A stretch of 43,229 nt of DNA from NCBI GenBank assembly GCA_018059485.1, contig JAGOXX010000001.1:1-43229 (forward strand). Reading direction: 5' to 3'. Made by a program: the position numbers and the translations under genes. Below are positions 38,040 through 43,229 of the stretch, one piece after another. Each line of letters opens with the position of its first letter. Position 1 is the first letter of the stretch. The stretch is from Aeromonadaceae bacterium. Its GTDB lineage: Bacteria > Pseudomonadota > Gammaproteobacteria > Enterobacterales > Aeromonadaceae. The notes under the pieces were generated by a model that saw only the letters and a program-made list of their open reading frames with translations, searched no databases and was not told where the DNA came from.

Positions 38040-38387
38040 ATGACTACCATGAGCTTCGTATCTGATAAGCGTTTTAACGACTTCCAACATTTTCCCCGCG
38101 GGCTTCGTCGTAGCGGCCAATTTACCGTTGCTGAGGCAGACGTTCTAGAGCAGTGCGGTCAAGCCATGCTGGAACTCTACCAGGGTAAACGTGAACCGAC
38201 CGATGAGGTGGAAAAAGCGTTCCTGGAGCAGGTTCAAGCTGGCAGTGCCAGCGGTAGTGGCCACGCCAAGGTATGGTTCAAATACCTGAAGGTGATTGGC
38301 CCGCGCCGCGTGCATCGACTCTGTACCTCGGGAGGCAATGCCACCGATGACGCCGGTTTTGAACCCGTGGAAGAGTCGCTGGATTAA
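38040..38387 (+). CDS. maoP: MaoP/YifE (DUF413) family protein
   Basis: RFNDFQHFPRGLRRSGQFTVAEA...GKREP...VWFKY, acidic tail; similar to E. coli YifE. Confidence 0.85.
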   Translation: MTTMSFVSDKRFNDFQHFPRGLRRSGQFTVAEADVLEQCGQAMLELYQGKREPTDEVEKAFLEQVQAGSASGSGHAKVWFKYLKVIGPRRVHRLCTSGGNATDDAGFEPVEESLD

Positions 38388-39265
38388 TGGACACCGATCT
38401 GCTGCGCACCTTCATCGAAGTCAGCAAGACTCGACATTTTGGCCGCGCAGCAGAAACCCTCTATTTGACGCAATCTGCCGTCAGCTTCCGTATTCGCCAG
38501 TTGGAACAACAACTTGGTGTCACTCTGTTCGCTCGCCATCGCAATAATATTCAACTGACGGTCGCCGGAGAACGCCTGTTCCCCTATGCCGAAGCCATAC
38601 TGCAGACGCTGGGCAGAGCCAAGCAGGAGCTCGGTCAGCAGGATGCCACACAACGTCAGTTGGCCGTTGGGGCTCCGCTATTTTGTTGGGAGTTGGGACT
38701 GCAGGAGTGGGTTGCACCTTGGTTTGAACAAACCTTACAACCATCGGTTCGCTATGAAATTGGCAACCGGGAACAGCTGTGCCGCCAACTGCTGGAGCGA
38801 ACCCTCGACCTGGCTGTGCTCGGTGAACCCAGCAAGATTGATGAGGTAACGGTTCGACCACTGGCTGAATACCAACTCAGTCTCGTCTGCGATCAGCCCG
38901 GCGTAACACTGGAGCAAACCACAACACATCCCCTCGTCATGGTCGATACCCACGCCCATTTTGCCCACACGCATCTACCCGGCGAGCTGCAGGGGCGAAC
39001 TCCAACGCTCTTGACCAGCTCGTTACGACAAGCAGAACAGCATTTAAAACAGCATGGCGGTATTTCTTATCTACCACATCCTGCAGTGGCTTCCGCGCTC
39101 AAGCTCGGAACTCTGCATATGGTCGAGGGCGCCCCGCACCTGCCCCGCACCATCTATCTGGCCTGCCGTACCAGCTCGACACAGAATGAATCCCTATCTG
39201 GACTACTCAATAGCCACTGGCGTATCGGACAAAAAACATCCCGGACAGCCGCTTCCTCTCGGTAA
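38387..39265 (+). CDS. hdfR: LysR-family regulator HdfR
   Basis: MDTDLLRTFIEVSKTRHFGRAAETLYLTQSAVSFRIRQLE; TAATG overlap with maoP. Confidence 0.88.
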   Translation: MDTDLLRTFIEVSKTRHFGRAAETLYLTQSAVSFRIRQLEQQLGVTLFARHRNNIQLTVAGERLFPYAEAILQTLGRAKQELGQQDATQRQLAVGAPLFCWELGLQEWVAPWFEQTLQPSVRYEIGNREQLCRQLLERTLDLAVLGEPSKIDEVTVRPLAEYQLSLVCDQPGVTLEQTTTHPLVMVDTHAHFAHTHLPGELQGRTPTLLTSSLRQAEQHLKQHGGISYLPHPAVASALKLGTLHMVEGAPHLPRTIYLACRTSSTQNESLSGLLNSHWRIGQKTSRTAASSR

Positions 39266-39305
39266 AAGCCTGCGAACAATCTGTTTTACGCCTGAGCCTG
39301 CTGCT

Positions 39306-39863
39306 TCAGGCCTGAGCCAGGCGATGCTCCATCAAGAGAGCCCCATCGGCCACACCATGTATTGAGAAGATCCCCTCACGATAAATGGCAAAACTGGCCA
39401 CGCCGTTATTGCGTGGAAAGGTCACCGAGCCCGGATTAATAGCCCATACCCCGGCGGCGGCCTCCGTGAAGCCAGCCAGATGCGTATGACCGCTCAGTAT
39501 CAGATCGCCCTGCCGCACCCCAAGTTGCTCCACCGTATACAGATGACCATGTGTCAGACACAAGCGACGACCTTCTAAGATCAGAAAATTGTAGGGAGCC
39601 AGGCAGGGGAAATGCAGCAGCATCTGGTCGACTTCGCTGTCGCAATTGCCGCGCACCGCAATGATGCGATCATGCAGGCTATTCAGGCGATCCGCCACCA
39701 GGGCAGGGGCATACCCTTGGGGTACAGGGTTTCGCGGTCCATGATTGAGCAGATCACCCAACAGCAAATAATAATCAGGAGAGAAGTGTTGAGCGTGATG
39801 CAATGTCTGTTCGAGGCTTGGCAAGCAGCCATGAATGTCTGAAATGATGGCCAAGGTGGTCAC
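39306..39863 (-). CDS. yfcE: Metallophosphoesterase YfcE
   Basis: SDIHG, LGDLLNHGPRN, VRGNCDSEVDQ, GHTH, NPGS. Confidence 0.92.
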   Translation of the reverse strand: MTTLAIISDIHGCLPSLEQTLHHAQHFSPDYYLLLGDLLNHGPRNPVPQGYAPALVADRLNSLHDRIIAVRGNCDSEVDQMLLHFPCLAPYNFLILEGRRLCLTHGHLYTVEQLGVRQGDLILSGHTHLAGFTEAAAGVWAINPGSVTFPRNNGVASFAIYREGIFSIHGVADGALLMEHRLAQA

Positions 39864-39994
39864 AATAGACTCCAGCGAATAAAACCGACCCTCAGCTTAT
39901 CCCAACGAGGCCGTTCATGGCGAGCCAACCTAGACACGCGTAGGGCGGCTCGAGTTGAGCTCGCCGGCAATCGGGACCTTATCGAGAGTAGAGG

Positions 39995-40384
39995 CTAAAC
40001 ATCACTGGCCGTAAAGATCAGGCTGACGCTATTGACGCAATAACGCTGCCCTGTCGACGTCGGCCCATCATCAAAAACATGCCCAAGGTGTGCGCCGCAC
40101 TGCTGACACAGGATCTCGGTGCGGATCATCCCGGCGGAGCGATCTTCCTGATAACGCACGGCCCCCGGCAACGCCTGATCAAAACTAGGCCAGCCGCAGC
40201 CGGAGTCATATTTGGCTGAAGAGTCGAACAGCTGGCTACCGCAACAGACGCAGTGATAGTCACCACGCTGGCGATTATGCAACAGGGCACCAGAAAAGGG
40301 GGGCTCGGTCCCCTTCTGCCAACACACCTGATACTGTTCAGCCGTCAACTTTTCACGCCACATTTCAGATTGAGATTTGCTCAT
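39995..40384 (-). CDS. msrB: Peptide methionine (R)-sulfoxide reductase
   Basis: [33 protein letters not shown]. Confidence 0.95.
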   Translation of the reverse strand: MSKSQSEMWREKLTAEQYQVCWQKGTEPPFSGALLHNRQRGDYHCVCCGSQLFDSSAKYDSGCGWPSFDQALPGAVRYQEDRSAGMIRTEILCQQCGAHLGHVFDDGPTSTGQRYCVNSVSLIFTASDV

Positions 40385-40418
40385 CGTGAGAACCATGTTG
40401 CAGATATGTTGCAACAGT

Positions 40419-42533
40419 TTACCCGATCCGTGATGACATCTCATCCTTGGTTACCAATAGCTCCGAGGGGACACCAGCCATCTGCCGCAATAGCTTGACG
40501 GAGTGTGCCCGGCCGACGGCTATCTGCCGCTGAATATCATCCGGCAAGAAGAAACCATCCACGGCTGCGGTATCAATGACCTGTACCCACTCCATCCCAG
40601 GCCCGGCAGATGGTAAACGGAAGTGGATGTCATAGCCGCTGGCATTAAACAGCACCAACCAGCGCTCCTCGCTTCCCTTGAGATCGCCAATGTCCATGAC
40701 AAACACTTGGGAAACAGGAGCATTCCAGTCGGCATCTGAGAGCAAATGCCCATCTGGGTGGTACCAGGCGACTTGATGCAATGCTCGTTGCTGCCCCAGA
40801 TAGTGGTCATCGACCAACCGCAAGCCCGAAAACACCTCGGACTCGCGACGCAGGCGGATCATCTGCTGCACAAATTCCAGCAGTTGTTCATCCTCTTCAC
40901 GCAGCTCCCAGTGTTGCCAGCTGATGTGATTATCTTGGCAATAAGCATTGTTATTGCCCATCTGGGTTCGGCCAATTTCATCCCCGGCCAGCAGATGTGG
41001 TGTTCCTTGCGAGAGCAACAAGGTGGCAATCAGATTTCTCTTTTGCTGTTGACGCATATGATTGATGCGCAAATCGGCTGTCGGGCCTTCAATCCCGTAG
41101 TTTGCAGAGAGGTTGTGACCGTGGCCATCTCGGTTCTCTTCCGCATTGGCCTGATTATGCCGCTGGTTGTAACTGACCAGATCCTCCAGCGTAAAACCAT
41201 CGTGGTAGCAGATGAAGTTCACACTGGAATGGATCGAACGATAAGACTTGGGAAAAACATCCCGTGAACCCAGCAAGCGGGTGGCAAAATCGGCCATACG
41301 CCCCATGTCTCCCCGCCAGAAGGAGCGCACCGTATCGCGGAAGCGATCATTAGTCTCTTTCCACTGGCTGGGAAACTGTCCGAGTCGGTAACCAAAGGGA
41401 CCAATATCCCAGGGCTCCGCAATCAATTTGGCCTGTCCAATGACAGGATCTTGCATGATGGCTTTGAAGAAGCCACCACATGGATCATATTCATTCCCTT
41501 CTCGAGCCAGCGTCACCGCCAGATCAAAACGGAAACCATCAACCTGCATCTCCTGCAACCAGTAGCGCAGGCTGTCCATCACCAGACGCAAGACATGGGG
41601 ATGATCCACGTTGACGCTATTGCCACAGCCGGCAACATTGACATAGCGACCATAATCGGGGCCATGGCTGCCATCTTCGAATACATAGTAGTTCCTGTTA
41701 TCCAGCCCCTTGAAGCTGAGGATCGGTCCCCCCTGCCCCGCTTCGGCAGTATGGTTGAAGACCACATCCAGAATGACCTCAATCCCGGCTCGGTGCAGTT
41801 CACGGACCATGGTCTTGAACTCGAGCACGGCATCGCTGACCGCATAACGAGGATCGGGCGCCATAAAGCAGACGGGGTTGTAGCCCCAGTAGTTAACCAA
41901 CCCCAAACCAACCAGGCGAGGCTCACTCATGAAACTGGCAATTGGCATCAACTGCAGCGTAGTGACACCCAGATCGCGTAGATAATTCAGCACAGCAGGC
42001 TGACAGAGGGCGAGATATTTACCCCGATAAGGCTCAGGAACATCAGGGTGCAGCTGGGTAAAGCCTTTGACATGAGTTTCATAGAGGATGGTTTGATCAT
42101 CACCATAGCCCGGCTTGGAAACCCCCTGCCAGTCAAAGTGCTCATCGATAACCACCGATTTGCTCATCATGTGTTGACTATCCCCTTCATACAGGGACTC
42201 ATCCCACACCATTGGGCGACTCAGCTGGCGACTATAGGGATCGACCAACAATTTTTGCTCGTCAAACAGGAACCCCTGTTCGGGGAGCTGTGGGCCACCC
42301 ACCCGCCAGCCATAGGCTTGTCCGGCCTGGACTCCGGCCACAAAGCCGTACCAGTAATGGCCTTTGCGCTCGGTAAAAGGAATACGAACTAGCTCCTTGT
42401 CCGCTTTATCAAACAGACAAAGAGTCACACTGCTGGCATCCGGAGCCCACAGTGCAAAATTACACCCGTCACTATCGAGAAAGGCCCCTAAAGGGGCCTC
42501 TCTACCAGGCTTGAGCACGAAACTAGCGCCCAT
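40419..42533 (-). CDS. glgX: Glycogen debranching enzyme
   Basis: [38 protein letters not shown]. Confidence 0.96.
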   Translation of the reverse strand: MGASFVLKPGREAPLGAFLDSDGCNFALWAPDASSVTLCLFDKADKELVRIPFTERKGHYWYGFVAGVQAGQAYGWRVGGPQLPEQGFLFDEQKLLVDPYSRQLSRPMVWDESLYEGDSQHMMSKSVVIDEHFDWQGVSKPGYGDDQTILYETHVKGFTQLHPDVPEPYRGKYLALCQPAVLNYLRDLGVTTLQLMPIASFMSEPRLVGLGLVNYWGYNPVCFMAPDPRYAVSDAVLEFKTMVRELHRAGIEVILDVVFNHTAEAGQGGPILSFKGLDNRNYYVFEDGSHGPDYGRYVNVAGCGNSVNVDHPHVLRLVMDSLRYWLQEMQVDGFRFDLAVTLAREGNEYDPCGGFFKAIMQDPVIGQAKLIAEPWDIGPFGYRLGQFPSQWKETNDRFRDTVRSFWRGDMGRMADFATRLLGSRDVFPKSYRSIHSSVNFICYHDGFTLEDLVSYNQRHNQANAEENRDGHGHNLSANYGIEGPTADLRINHMRQQQKRNLIATLLLSQGTPHLLAGDEIGRTQMGNNNAYCQDNHISWQHWELREEDEQLLEFVQQMIRLRRESEVFSGLRLVDDHYLGQQRALHQVAWYHPDGHLLSDADWNAPVSQVFVMDIGDLKGSEERWLVLFNASGYDIHFRLPSAGPGMEWVQVIDTAAVDGFFLPDDIQRQIAVGRAHSVKLLRQMAGVPSELLVTKDEMSSRIG

Positions 42534-42536
42534 GGA

Positions 42537-43229
42537 TTAATCTCCAACCCGCTTGATAAAGACTGTCGCCAACGGTGGTAGATTAATCAGAATCGATTGG
42601 GCTTGTCCATGAGTAGCTATCGTCTCACTCTGGAAACTCAAGCCGCCCATGTCGTAATCGCTTCCCCAGTAGTAACTGCTGTCAGTGTTCAGTACCACTT
42701 GGTAGGTTCCCGCTTCCGGTACACCGAGGCGATACCCCTCAACCGGAGTTGGCGTGAAATTGCCAACTGTGAGTATGGTGCGATCACCCGCCTTGTTACG
42801 GCGCAGCATGGCATAAACGCTACGTTCATAGTCGCTGTGATCCAGCCACACGAAACCATTCCGATCATAATCGGCATCGAACAACGCCGGCTCATTACGA
42901 TAGAGGTGGTTCAAATCGCGGATCACACACTTTTGCCCGTTGTGCTTATCAAACTTCAGCAACCACCACTGCAGCTGAGCATCATGGTTCCATTCGGTCG
43001 ACTGAGCGATCTCGGTCCCCATGAAATTCAGCTTCTTGCCCGGGTGTGCGTACATGAAGCCCATATAGGCCCGCAGATTAGCCGCCTGCTGCCACTCATC
43101 ACCCGGCATCTTGTACAACAGCGAGTGCTTGCCGTGCACTACTTCGTCATGAGAGAGCGACAGGATGAAGTTTTCATCGTAGTGATAGACCATCGAGAAG
43201 GTCATATCGTTGTGGTGATACTTGCGATG
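42537..43229 (-). CDS. glgB: 1,4-alpha-glucan branching enzyme, C-terminal part (starts outside the window)
   Basis: ENFILSLSHDEVVHGK, HPGKKLNFMG, NFTP, LPPLA. Confidence 0.95.
   Translation of the reverse strand, partial: HRKYHHNDMTFSMVYHYDENFILSLSHDEVVHGKHSLLYKMPGDEWQQAANLRAYMGFMYAHPGKKLNFMGTEIAQSTEWNHDAQLQWWLLKFDKHNGQKCVIRDLNHLYRNEPALFDADYDRNGFVWLDHSDYERSVYAMLRRNKAGDRTILTVGNFTPTPVEGYRLGVPEAGTYQVVLNTDSSYYWGSDYDMGGLSFQSETIATHGQAQSILINLPPLATVFIKRVGD

Noticed and set aside
1-43229. CRISPR arrays, IS elements, prophage, tRNA/rRNA and defence systems
   Set aside because: No repeat-spacer pattern, transposase, integrase, phage gene or structural RNA was recognised on reading.

Overview
Chromosomal window from a gammaproteobacterium; gene order and content suggest Aeromonadaceae, but this is an inference. 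Most of it is core genes: partial folE, dedD-folC-accD-truA-fimV-asd/usg-pdxB, glgP, pgm-seqA-ybfF-ybfE-fldA-fur, glnS, nagE/nagBAC, maoP-hdfR, yfcE, msrB and glgX-glgB. No mobile element, CRISPR array, tRNA or rRNA was seen. The main discovery is at 200-8500, a clustered signalling circuit: a FIST/NosP sensor, a cytoplasmic hybrid kinase (VpsS/NahK-like), yvcK, luxU and luxO homologues, and a divergent His-less pseudokinase. Its apparent output is an unannotated ~76-nt sRNA (378-453) preceded by three LuxO-type boxes, phased A-tracts and a sigma-54 promoter. This RNA lacks the Qrr core sequence but has a perfect 10-nt complement to the luxU ribosome-binding site. Other unannotated items are a CRP-overlapped transcript encoding a 27-aa peptide with a long structured 3' UTR (candidate dual-function RNA), a LexA-boxed AraC-GyrI gene with an internal in-frame start, and a structured ybfE leader. 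All assignments come from motif and sequence recognition by eye; no database searches were run.
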